Origin: Acidimicrobiaceae bacterium
GTDB lineage: Bacteria; Actinomycetota; Acidimicrobiia; Acidimicrobiales; RAAP-2
Reading direction: 5' to 3'
NCBI GenBank assembly: GCA_027306525.1
Contig: DAHUZM010000079.1
Location: 244 to 64,243 of the forward strand
Length of the DNA stretch: 64,000 nucleotides
Made by a program: the position numbers and the translations under genes. The notes under the pieces were generated by a model. It was not told the origin of the DNA and did no database searches. It saw nothing but the letters and a program-made list of their open reading frames with translations. Numbering within the stretch: the stretch's first letter is position 1; every line of letters begins with the position of its first letter. Shown here piece after piece: positions 36,663-44,799 of this stretch.

Positions 36663-38438
36663 ATGGCGCGCGATCCCGACAACCCCTACGGCATCCGCTT
36701 CACGGGCAGCGAGCGCCCCATGGCGTTCATCAATCCGTATCGCTGGCTCGGCGAGCTCAACGAGGTCGAGCGGTGGAAGCTCGACCGTCACCCGCTCGAG
36801 GCCGCCCGCGACGTGATCGCCCGCTACTCGCTCGAGGGACCGGCGGCGATCTACGCCACTCCCGGCGAGGTCGAGCGGCTGAAGTGGGCGGGCATCTACC
36901 CCCAGCGCCAGGGCGGGGACGCCTTCATGCTTCGGGTGAAGGTCCCCGGCGGCCGGTTGACCGCCGAGCAGGTCTGCGAGATCGGCGTCGTCGCCGATGC
37001 CTTCGCCGAGGGGCCCGAGGACAGCGAGGTCTTCGGCAACCGCTACGCGGACATCACGACCCGCCAGGACATCCAGCTGCACTGGGTCCGGATCGAGGAT
37101 GTCCCGCGCATCTGGCAACGGCTGTTCGCCGTCGGCGTCACGACCCTGCAGGCCTGTGGGGATTCGGGCCGCAACGTCACCTGTTGCCCCGTGGCTGGCG
37201 TCGACCTCCACGAGGCCTTCGATGCCTACCCGGTCGCGCGGGCGGTGTCGGACTTCTTCACGGGCAATCGGGAGTACTCGAACCTGCCGAGGAAGTTCAA
37301 GATCGGCCTCACCGGGTGCACGGAGAACTGCGCCCGGATCGAGATCAACGACATCGGCATGTGGCCGGCGCGCCTCGAAGACGGGACTCTCGGATTCAAC
37401 GTGCTGGCCGGCGGCGGGCTCTCGGACGGCGAACGGATGGCGTCGGACCTCGACGTCTTCGTGGAGCCCGAGGGGTCCGTCGAGATCTGCCGGGCCATCG
37501 CCCAGGTCTTCGGTGAACTTGGCAACCGCGAGAACCGCGGTCTCGCCCGCATGCGCTACCTCGTCCAGGAGCTGGGGCCCGAGGGGTTCCGGGCGGCGCT
37601 CGCCGAGCGCAGCCCCCTCCACCTACGGCCGGCGGGGACCGAGCTCACCACCGGGTTCCGGGGTGACCACGTGGGCGTCCACCCCCAGCGCGGCGAGGGG
37701 CTCTTCTACGTGGGTTGCTCGGTGCCGGTCGGGCGGATGCGCGGCATCGAGCTGATCGAGCTGGCCCGGCTGGCCCGCACCTACGGCGACGGGACGGTCC
37801 GGCTCGGGACCGATCAGAACTTCGTGCTGACGGGCGTCGCCGAGCGGCGCCTCGACGCGCTCTTGGGCGAGGAGCTGCTCGCCACGTACTCCCCGTTCCC
37901 CGGTCCCTTCGAACGGGGCGTGGTCGCGTGCACGGGTTCGGAGTTCTGCCGCTTCGCCGTGGTCGAGACGAAGGAGCGAGCCGTCAAGCTCGCCCGGTGG
38001 CTCGACGGCCAGCTGCCCGGGGGCGCCGACGGGGCGGCGCCGGTCCCGGTCTCGCTCGGGCCAAGACCCGCTGGCCGGTCGCGGCCGAGGGGGGATCGGG
38101 GCGTCATCCGACTGCACTTCTCGGGCTGCTCGGCCGGCTGCGCGCAGCCCCAGATCGCGGACATCGGGCTGCGCGGGGACCTCGCCCACGTGGGTGAGCA
38201 CATCGAAGAGGCGGTCGACATCGGGCTCGGCGGCTCGCTCGGCCCCGACGCCGCCTTCATCGACTGGATCGCCGGGGCGGTGCCAGTCGAGATGACCGGC
38301 CCGGCCCTCGCGAACCTGCTCGCCCGCTTCGCCGAGGATCGGCGGAGCGACGAACCCTTCTACTCGTGGGCGCGGCGCACCGACAACGACGAGCTGCGTC
38401 GCATCATCGGCGGCGACCGGGCGGGGGCGCGACGATGA
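36663..38438 (+). CDS. assimilatory sulfite (or nitrite) reductase hemoprotein, ferredoxin-type SirA/NirA family
   Basis: 591 aa. Two NIR_SIR repeats, with siroheme/4Fe-4S cysteine motifs (TGCTENCARIEINDIG; ACTGSEFCRFA...SGCSAGCAQP). Located in the cys locus 1 nt after the cysH stop. Confidence 0.85.
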   Translation: MARDPDNPYGIRFTGSERPMAFINPYRWLGELNEVERWKLDRHPLEAARDVIARYSLEGPAAIYATPGEVERLKWAGIYPQRQGGDAFMLRVKVPGGRLTAEQVCEIGVVADAFAEGPEDSEVFGNRYADITTRQDIQLHWVRIEDVPRIWQRLFAVGVTTLQACGDSGRNVTCCPVAGVDLHEAFDAYPVARAVSDFFTGNREYSNLPRKFKIGLTGCTENCARIEINDIGMWPARLEDGTLGFNVLAGGGLSDGERMASDLDVFVEPEGSVEICRAIAQVFGELGNRENRGLARMRYLVQELGPEGFRAALAERSPLHLRPAGTELTTGFRGDHVGVHPQRGEGLFYVGCSVPVGRMRGIELIELARLARTYGDGTVRLGTDQNFVLTGVAERRLDALLGEELLATYSPFPGPFERGVVACTGSEFCRFAVVETKERAVKLARWLDGQLPGGADGAAPVPVSLGPRPAGRSRPRGDRGVIRLHFSGCSAGCAQPQIADIGLRGDLAHVGEHIEEAVDIGLGGSLGPDAAFIDWIAGAVPVEMTGPALANLLARFAEDRRSDEPFYSWARRTDNDELRRIIGGDRAGARR

Positions 38439-39691
38439 AGCGCTATCGCCTGCGCGAGCAGATGAACGGCATCGACGAGCCGCCGGGCAAGGTCTGGTTC
38501 TGGGAGCTGGCCGCCGCCGTGATCGACGCCGACCGATGCATCCAGTGCGGCACCTGCGTCGCCGCGTGCCCCTCCAATTCGATCGGGGTCGGGGAGCTCG
38601 GCCTGCCCGAGCTGGTGAAGATGTGCACGGGCTGTTCGCTGTGTTGGGACTTCTGCCCGAGGGGCGGGCTCCGCTACGAGGCGCTGTGGCCGCCGTCGAG
38701 CTCGGCCGAGGATGGCGCGCCGGCCGTCGTGCGCTCAGACGCCTCGGATCCCTACTGGAAGATCTCCGGCGGCCCGCCGGCCGATGGGCTGGGCGCGATC
38801 GTCGGGCGCTACGCGGTGCGCTCGGCCACTCGCAACCGGGGCGTCCAAGACGGTGGTGCGGTCAGCGCCCTGCTGGTCGCGTTGCTCGAGTCGGGGGACA
38901 TCGACGGCGCCCTGGTGGCCAAGCCGAGCTCGGACCCAGATGAGCCCTGGAAGGGTGTCGCAACCATCGCCCGCACGCCCGACGAGGTGCTCGAGGCGGC
39001 GGGCAGCTTCTACAACCAGACGATGGCGCTCGCCCAACTCGATCTCGCCAGGTACCAGCTCGGTCCGGACCCACGGCTCGCGGTGGTCGGCACCCCCTGC
39101 GAGATCCAGGGCATCCGTGCCATGCAGTCCCGCCGCTGGGCCACCGGCGCCCACCGGGTGGACTCGGTCGTGCTCACGATCGCGCTCATGTGCACCAAGA
39201 GCTTCGACTACGAGGGCCTCATCGTCCGCGAGCTGCGCGACAAGCGTCGAGTGGACCTCGAACGGGTGGCGAAGATCGACGTGGTCGACGGCAAGATGAT
39301 CGTCGAATATCGCGACGGCCAGCGGGCGGTGGACGAGCCGATCAAGCACTTCCACGGCACCGCGCTCAAGGGGTGCGACGAGTGCGCCGACTTTCTCGGA
39401 CGGAGCGCGGACATCTCGATGGGCAGCGTCGGCTCGCTCAGTGGATGGACGAGCGTCCTCATCAGAACCGATCGGGGCCTGGCCGCCTTCGAGCGGGCGC
39501 GACCCCGGCTCGACATCCGGGCGCTCGACGACCCGGACGCGCTCGTCAGGCTGGACAACCTGGACAAGCGGGTCGCCTTCCGCTCGCTCGGACGCCCGTT
39601 CGACCCCGATGGCCCGCTCTTCGTCGACTACGAGGCGCACGTCCGCCACTACGCGGGGAGCGATCGCCGGGCCGTGGTACACGCCCGATGA
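38435..39691 (+). CDS. FrhB/FdhB/FpoF-family iron-sulfur flavoprotein (coenzyme F420 hydrogenase/dehydrogenase beta-subunit family) with N-terminal 2x[4Fe-4S] ferredoxin domain
   Basis: CIQCGTCVAACP and CTGCSLCWDFCP motifs, then FrhB-like VQDGGAVSALL..., VGTPCEIQGIRAM, GCDECADFLGRSADISMGSVG...SVLIRTDRG. ATGA overlap with the sulfite reductase stop. Confidence 0.8.
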   Translation: MKRYRLREQMNGIDEPPGKVWFWELAAAVIDADRCIQCGTCVAACPSNSIGVGELGLPELVKMCTGCSLCWDFCPRGGLRYEALWPPSSSAEDGAPAVVRSDASDPYWKISGGPPADGLGAIVGRYAVRSATRNRGVQDGGAVSALLVALLESGDIDGALVAKPSSDPDEPWKGVATIARTPDEVLEAAGSFYNQTMALAQLDLARYQLGPDPRLAVVGTPCEIQGIRAMQSRRWATGAHRVDSVVLTIALMCTKSFDYEGLIVRELRDKRRVDLERVAKIDVVDGKMIVEYRDGQRAVDEPIKHFHGTALKGCDECADFLGRSADISMGSVGSLSGWTSVLIRTDRGLAAFERARPRLDIRALDDPDALVRLDNLDKRVAFRSLGRPFDPDGPLFVDYEAHVRHYAGSDRRAVVHAR

Positions 39692-39984
39692 CCGCCCCCC
39701 TCCGCTTGCACGTCCCGAGCGATCCCGGCCGCGAGCATTGGGCGAGGTCGGTGCTCGAGAGCGCCACGCTCGACGAGGTCATCGAGAAGGAGGACGGCAT
39801 CGCGCAGTGGTTGTGGGAGCGCTGGCGCGTCCTCGAGACCGTTGGGCTCGACCGTGCTCGCTTCGTGGCGATCACGGCCGGGTATCGGCGCGAGCTGTGG
39901 CTCTGGCTGATGGGGGAGCGGACCTGGGCCCAGTGCTGCTCGGGCCTGATCGGCCGAGTGGATCGCCGTCTCGGGCTCCGATAG
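39688..39984 (+). CDS. hypothetical protein (98 aa), translationally coupled to the FrhB-like gene
   Basis: ATGA overlap with the upstream stop. GC3-rich. Trp/Arg-rich sequence with a CC pair (WAQCCSGL). No recognisable family. Confidence 0.5.
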   Translation: MTAPLRLHVPSDPGREHWARSVLESATLDEVIEKEDGIAQWLWERWRVLETVGLDRARFVAITAGYRRELWLWLMGERTWAQCCSGLIGRVDRRLGLR

Positions 39985-39998
39985 TCCACAATCCCCTG

Positions 39999-40829
39999 GT
40001 GGCATCGGCGGACACCGGCTCGCCCCGAGGCGAAGGGCCGCTCGTCTCGCTCTCCAAGGTGCGGGTCGTGCGCGACGAGCGCCCGCTCATCGACGAGGTG
40101 GACTGGGTGCTGCGGGCGGGCAAGCGGTGGGTGATCCTCGGGCCGAACGGCTCGGGAAAGACCACCATGCTGCGGGTCGCTGGCGGACGCCTGTGGCCGA
40201 GCGCCGGCACCGTCGAGATCCTCGGTCGGCGCCTTGGCACGGTGGACCTACGCGAGCTGCGGGGCCGCGTGTCGTTCGTGAGCGGGGCCGTCGCTCGGGA
40301 GCTCCGGCCGACCCAGCGCGTGCGCGAGGTGGTGGCGAGCGGCAAGTTCGGGGCGCTCGAGACCTGGTGGCATACCTACGAGGATGACGACTGGGCACGG
40401 GCCGACCGTCTGCTTGCGGACACCGAGGTGGGCGGGCTCGGCGACCGGGAGTTCGGGGTCATCTCGGAGGGGGAGCGCCAGCACGTGCTGCTCGCAAGGG
40501 CCCTCATGGGCCGACCCGAGCTGTTGCTGCTCGACGAGCCCGCGGCCGGGCTCGACATGGGAGCGCGCGAACGGTTGCTCGCCGTGCTCGGCGCCCTGGC
40601 CCGCGACGACTCGGCGGCACCGCTCGCCATGGTGACCCACCACACCGAGGAGATCCCTCCGGGGATCACCCACGCTGTCCTGCTCTCGGGCGGCCGCGTG
40701 CTCTCGAGTGGGCCGGTCGACGAGGTGCTCACCTCCGAATCGGTGTCCGAGTGCTTCTCGGTCCCCGTGGTGGTGGGCCGCGACGGCGATCGGTGGTGGA
40801 GTCGCGCCGGCCCCACGCGCTCGGGATAA
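39999..40829 (+). CDS. ABC transporter ATP-binding protein (stand-alone, ModF/YlmA-like)
   Basis: Walker A GPNGSGKTT, signature ISEGERQHVLLARAL, Walker B LLLLDEPAAGLD, H-loop VTHH. No adjacent permease. GTG 39999 or GTG 40056 as start. Confidence 0.8.
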   Translation: MASADTGSPRGEGPLVSLSKVRVVRDERPLIDEVDWVLRAGKRWVILGPNGSGKTTMLRVAGGRLWPSAGTVEILGRRLGTVDLRELRGRVSFVSGAVARELRPTQRVREVVASGKFGALETWWHTYEDDDWARADRLLADTEVGGLGDREFGVISEGERQHVLLARALMGRPELLLLDEPAAGLDMGARERLLAVLGALARDDSAAPLAMVTHHTEEIPPGITHAVLLSGGRVLSSGPVDEVLTSESVSECFSVPVVVGRDGDRWWSRAGPTRSG

Positions 40830-40913
40830 CCCTCCCGTCACCATCCACCGCACGAAAGCCACCCGTCGATAGCGTGAAATGCGTCGGAGGACGATGGAGG
40901 GGAGTGGCACCGG

Positions 40914-41903
40914 GTGATCGTGCTGATCCTGGTCGCGATCTTGTGGCTCGCGGTGCTCGTCCCAGGGATCATCTCGAAGCTTTCGGAACGCCGGAACGCC
41001 GGCTCGATCGGGCGCTTCCACGAACGGCTCCATCTCCTTGAGCGGACCGGTCCGAAGCTCGTCCAGCCCGCCTACCGACTCACGGGCACCGACGGGGCGA
41101 GCTCGTCGGTTCCCATGATCGTGCCGGTCGCACCTCCCCCGGTTCGGCCGAGCCTCAGACTCGTGTCATCGCCTGCAGAGGGAGCCTCAGCCATGTTCGA
41201 ACCCACGAGTGACGAGCCGACCGCCGTCATCGACATCGCCGACGTTGTCGTCCAGATGCGGCGGGGTGCGAGCGCCTATGGACACGACGGCTATGAGCAC
41301 CACGCCCATGAGCACGCCTACGAGTACGAGGAGGAGACCCACGGCCAGGGCGGGCCGGACGAGGCCTACGGGTACGAGGACGGACTTCAAGGGTACGGGG
41401 ATGAGTCCTACGACGACGGGGACGGGGCCTACCGGTACGAGGACGGGGCCTACGAATACGTCGATCACCTCGGCTTCGACGAGCACGACGAGGACATCGA
41501 GCGCCGAAGGGAGCGCCGCAGTTCGGCTGCGTTCGAGCGCCAGCACCAAGCCCGGCGCCGGCGCCGGAATGCCTTTGGCTCGCTCTGCGCCATTGCCGCG
41601 TTCACCGGCCTCCTCGGTCTGGCCCACCCATTGCGCGGGGCGTGGGTCGTCTCGGGGATCGCCCTCGTGGTCCTCGCGGGATTTGTGGGTCTTGCCGCCT
41701 ACGGTCAACGCATGGAGGCAGAGCGCCGTCACCTGGCCAAGCTCGAGAGGGCCGAGCGAGAGCGCGGTGGCGACTACGGGCACGAGTCGACGATCTTGAA
41801 GTACCTCTCTTCGGATGAGCTCTCCCAGTACCAAGAGGCCATGGCCGATTTCTACGAATCCGAAGACGTCCGCCTCGCCGGTGGCGCACGAGCGATCGGT
41901 TGA
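40914..41903 (+). CDS. membrane protein with an acidic Tyr/Glu/Asp/Gly/His-rich low-complexity central region
   Basis: N-terminal TM (IVLILVAILWLAVLVPGII). Central YGHDGYEHHAHEHAYEYEEETHGQGGPDEAYGYEDGLQGYGDESYDDGDGAYRYEDGAYEY. Basic stretch, then two C-terminal TM helices. Confidence 0.6.
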   Translation: MIVLILVAILWLAVLVPGIISKLSERRNAGSIGRFHERLHLLERTGPKLVQPAYRLTGTDGASSSVPMIVPVAPPPVRPSLRLVSSPAEGASAMFEPTSDEPTAVIDIADVVVQMRRGASAYGHDGYEHHAHEHAYEYEEETHGQGGPDEAYGYEDGLQGYGDESYDDGDGAYRYEDGAYEYVDHLGFDEHDEDIERRRERRSSAAFERQHQARRRRRNAFGSLCAIAAFTGLLGLAHPLRGAWVVSGIALVVLAGFVGLAAYGQRMEAERRHLAKLERAERERGGDYGHESTILKYLSSDELSQYQEAMADFYESEDVRLAGGARAIG

Positions 41904-41972
41904 GCCAACCCAGCTCCTGATCGCCAACAGCGGGCAAGCAGGGCACCCACGAGGACTAGCCTGATCGTCGCC

Positions 41973-42045
41973 GGGGGTGTAGCTCAGTTGGCAGAGCGCT
42001 ACGTTCGCAACGTAGAAGTCGGCGGTTCGAGTCCGCTCACCTCCA
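41973..42045 (+). tRNA. tRNA-Ala (anticodon CGC)
   Basis: Hand-folded cloverleaf of 73 nt. Acceptor GGGGGTG/CACCTCC with the G3:U70 Ala identity pair. D arm GCTC-AGTTGGCA-GAGC. Anticodon arm CTACG-TTCGCAA-CGTAG. T arm GGCGG-TTCGAGT-CCGCT. Discriminator A. CCA is not fully encoded (ACCg). Confidence 0.93.
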
Positions 42046-42342
42046 CCGCAAGGTTTGGATTCGCGCGCCACTCCGCCATGGCGCGAGCCGCTGACGTGCA
42101 GCTTCGCGATCGCCCCTCGCGTTACCCACAGGGTTTATCGACGGAATTTATCGACGGCCTATCACGAGTGCCGTACGCAGCCCTATGCAGACGACCGCGC
42201 GCCACACCGCCAACACGCTGGAACCTTCGCGTAAAGTCGGCCTGGAAGGTGTGGCGGTGCCGTATGCAGCCCTATGCACGCCATGGCGGCCGCCATACTC
42301 AAGACTGACCTCCAAGCACTCGATCACGATGCACCTTCACCT

Positions 42343-42600
42343 TCACTTCCGGGCGCGTAACTCCTTTGCAAGCTGTTCCGGCGTCGCGGGATTGAAACCG
42401 ACGCCTGGCGAGAATGCTTCCCATCCGCTCGGATCCGGAAGCGTCCGAGCATGCTGAGTCATCTCGGGAAGCACTTCAGCTAGCTCCTCGAGCTTCCCCG
42501 TAATGAAGGTCCCATGGCGGTCTCCAGCATCGACGCGCGTCAAGGCATCGGCCACGGCTTTGTCGGCCACGACGGCGGCGCAGTAGGGAACGGCGATCGT
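42343..42600 (-). pseudogene. hypothetical ORF fragment, 5' part apparently cut by the IS insertion
   Basis: Track ORF 42343..42705 runs from inside the IS left end. Only the 42343-42600 part is outside the IS (…TIAVPYCAAVVADKAVADALTRVDAGDRHGTFITGKLEEL…). No family recognised. Confidence 0.25.
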
Positions 42601-43782
42601 GTGGGTGCCGAGAACCCATCCGCCCAGCTCAGGCGGCCATCCGGTACTCGTGGATGAGCCCGCCCAGACGCTCGGTTCTTCGTAGCTTGATGGGGTCGAC
42701 GTCACCGATTGGGGCTGGAGTCCTTTCGGACGCGGAGGGTGCGCGCTGGGAGAGCGACCGGTGGGGACGGTGCGAGTTGTAGTGCTCGACGTACTCGGCG
42801 AGCACGGTCTCGAGGTGACGGCGGCCGAGGATGAGCATCCGGTCGAGGCATTCGCGCCGGAGCGTGCCGATCACGCGCTCGCAGACCGCGTTCGCCTGCG
42901 GCGCTCGGACCGGGGTCCTGATGACCCTGATGCCCTGGGCTGCGAACACGGCGTCGAAGGACACGGTGAACTTGGTGTCCCGATCCCGGAGGAGGAACTT
43001 GACCGCGCAAGCCTGCTCGGCGAGCTCCATGCAGAGGTTGCGGGCCTGCTGTGTCGCCCAGTCGGCGATCGGCTTGGCGGTCACACCGGCGATCCGCACG
43101 AGGCGCGTGTCGTGGTGGATGAAGACGAGCACGTACAGCCGCCGGAGAAGCACCGTGTCGACGGTTAAGAAGTCGCACGCGAGCAGGCCCGTGGCCTGCG
43201 CTCGGAGGAACTCCGCCCAGGTGGGCCCCGACCGCCGGGGTGAGGGCTCGATGCCGTTTCGCTTCAAGATCGCCCAGACGCTCGAAGGCGAGATCATGAC
43301 GTCCATGGTGGCGAGTTCGCCCTGGATCCTCCGGTAGCCCCAGCCTGGGTTCTCCCTCGCCAACCTGAGAACGAGTGCGGCGGTCCCTTTCGGGATGGCA
43401 GGCCGGCCAGGACGGCCGTGCGGATAGGTCCAGCGCTTGGCGACGAGGTCACGGTGCCATCGCAGCAAGGTTGCCGGCTGAACGAAGAAGCGCTCGAGAC
43501 GCTGGCGGGGGAGCAGTCGTGCCAGCGCAGCCAGCAGGGCGCGGTCAGCGGGCTGCAGGATCGGTCGCTGAACCTGGCGCCGGAGTACAGCAACCTCATG
43601 GCGGAGCATGACGACCTCGATCGAGAGATCCGTGTGCGAGCGACAGAGGAGCCGGATCAGTTGGAGGAGGCGGCAGAGCGCCCGGTACAGGAACGACAGG
43701 GTCACCGCCGGATGCTCGCCGCATGATACGAGCACCGTCAAAGTCCAGCTCGCGGACCTCGGATGGCGTTGTCGGCACGCAC
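42601..43782 (-). mobile_element. IS481-like insertion sequence (single rve/DDE transposase), 1182 bp, apparently intact
   Basis: Imperfect terminal inverted repeats found by hand. IRL 42601-42622 is GTGGGTGCCGAGAACCCATCCG. The reverse complement of IRR 43760-43782 is GTGCGTGCCGACAACGCCATCCG (2 mismatches, 1 indel). They bracket the transposase ORF tightly. Confidence 0.75.
42629..43741 (-). CDS. IS481-family DDE transposase (integrase core domain)
   Basis: 370 aa. N-terminal LRHEVAVLRRQVQRP...ATLLRWHRDLV, HTH LRLARENPGWGYRRIQGEL, then the rve core (ACDFLTVDT...FIHHDTR...DRDTKF...PQANAVCERVIGTLRRE...YNSHRPHRSL). Confidence 0.88.
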   Translation of the reverse strand: MTVLVSCGEHPAVTLSFLYRALCRLLQLIRLLCRSHTDLSIEVVMLRHEVAVLRRQVQRPILQPADRALLAALARLLPRQRLERFFVQPATLLRWHRDLVAKRWTYPHGRPGRPAIPKGTAALVLRLARENPGWGYRRIQGELATMDVMISPSSVWAILKRNGIEPSPRRSGPTWAEFLRAQATGLLACDFLTVDTVLLRRLYVLVFIHHDTRLVRIAGVTAKPIADWATQQARNLCMELAEQACAVKFLLRDRDTKFTVSFDAVFAAQGIRVIRTPVRAPQANAVCERVIGTLRRECLDRMLILGRRHLETVLAEYVEHYNSHRPHRSLSQRAPSASERTPAPIGDVDPIKLRRTERLGGLIHEYRMAA

Positions 43783-43798
43783 CGCTGTCGAGGCCTCA

Positions 43799-43819
43799 CC
43801 TTTACTGCTAGAGTAAAGG
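43799..43819 (+). promoter_or_regulatory. palindromic candidate operator immediately upstream of vapB-1
   Basis: CCTTTACT-GCTAG-AGTAAAGG, perfect 8-bp arms, ends 1 nt before ATG 43821. Confidence 0.45.
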
Positions 43820-43820
43820 C

Positions 43821-44042
43821 ATGGCCAAGATCTCTACCAAGAATCAGGTCACTATCCCGGTCGCCGCGCTCGAAGAGGCCGGGCTGCACGCCGGCGATCA
43901 GGTCGTGGTCGAGGCGCTCGAAGAGGGGGAGCTGCGGGTCCGCCGCGGCGAGCTCGGCTTCGAGAGCGCGTTCGGCGTCCTCACCGGCGCCTACCCGCCG
44001 GGCTACCTGGAACAGCTCGACCGCGAAGACGCCGAGCGGTGA
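43821..44042 (+). CDS. vapB: AbrB/MazE/SpoVT-fold antitoxin (VapB-type)
   Basis: MAKISTKNQVTIPVAALEEAGLHAGDQVVVE... is a typical SpoVT/AbrB swapped-hairpin motif. GTGA overlap with the PIN gene. Confidence 0.8.
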   Translation: MAKISTKNQVTIPVAALEEAGLHAGDQVVVEALEEGELRVRRGELGFESAFGVLTGAYPPGYLEQLDREDAER

Positions 44043-44461
44043 CGGTCGTGCTCGACGCCGATGTCCTGATCGGCGCGCTCGACAACTCCGACACACATCA
44101 CACCCGAGCCCGCAGGCTCTTCGTCAGCTGGGAGCGCCGCAACGAGGCCCGGCTGCTGAGCGTCGTCAACCTGAGCGAGGTGCTAGTCGCGCCCGCCGCC
44201 GACCGGCGCAGGCTGCGGACCGCACGCGAGGCGATTGCCGCGCTCGGCATCACGATCCACCAACCGGGCGAGGCGATCGGCGTCGAGGCCGCCCGCCTGC
44301 GGAGTACGTATCCGATCAGCCTTCCCGACGCCTACTGCCTGGCGTCCGCCCGCCACGCCAGTGCCCGAGTCGCCTCCTTCGACGAAAGGGTGCTACGCGC
44401 TGCAGAGGGAGAAGGACTCGCCACCATCGAGACGGGCACGCGACGACCGCGGCCCCGCTGA
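44039..44461 (+). CDS. vapC: PIN-domain ribonuclease toxin (VapC)
   Basis: Acidic PIN residues in context: VLDADVL (D), NLSEVL (E), LPDAYCLA (D), SFD. Confidence 0.85.
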   Translation: MTVVLDADVLIGALDNSDTHHTRARRLFVSWERRNEARLLSVVNLSEVLVAPAADRRRLRTAREAIAALGITIHQPGEAIGVEAARLRSTYPISLPDAYCLASARHASARVASFDERVLRAAEGEGLATIETGTRRPRPR

Positions 44462-44696
44462 CACTCGTGGGTTGCAGGGCCCCTCTGCTTCGGGATCCTC
44501 GGCAAGGGACTGGCCGGCGTCGTCACCGGCGGTGCTGGCGTCCGACACGTGTACGAGGGGCTCGCGGCGGAGCCGGGTGCTCCGACTCTGGATTCGTTGA
44601 AGGACGCCCTGTCGCGCGACGTCGACACGATCCGCCGACTTGGCCCGACGGGAGGCTTCTTGATTATCGGCGGCGCAGGGAGGTGCTCCCGACATT

Positions 44697-44799
44697 GAGC
44701 AGGCGGCCGCTATGGCGCCGCCATATGCAAGTTCGCCTACCAGCGGCTTTGCTCGATCAGAGGCGCGAATGCGCTGAAGCTATCGATGTCACCTCCACC
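44697..44799 (+). repeat. copy A of an approximately 100-bp repeat (palindromic core TATGGCG-C-CGCCATA at 44711-44725; ends in TCACCTCCACC)
   Basis: Hand alignment with 46691-46792 gives about 75-80 percent identity over about 100 bp. The last 11 nt equal the tRNA-Ala 3' end at 42037-42047. Confidence 0.8.

Noticed and set aside
42134-42157. TTTATCGACGG x2, considered as DnaA boxes or an origin-like element.
   Set aside because: It does not match the actinobacterial DnaA-box consensus (TTGTCCACA-like). There are only two copies, no AT-rich unwinding element, and the location is beside a tRNA/island junction. It is retained only as possible arm-type or iteron-like sites in the findings.
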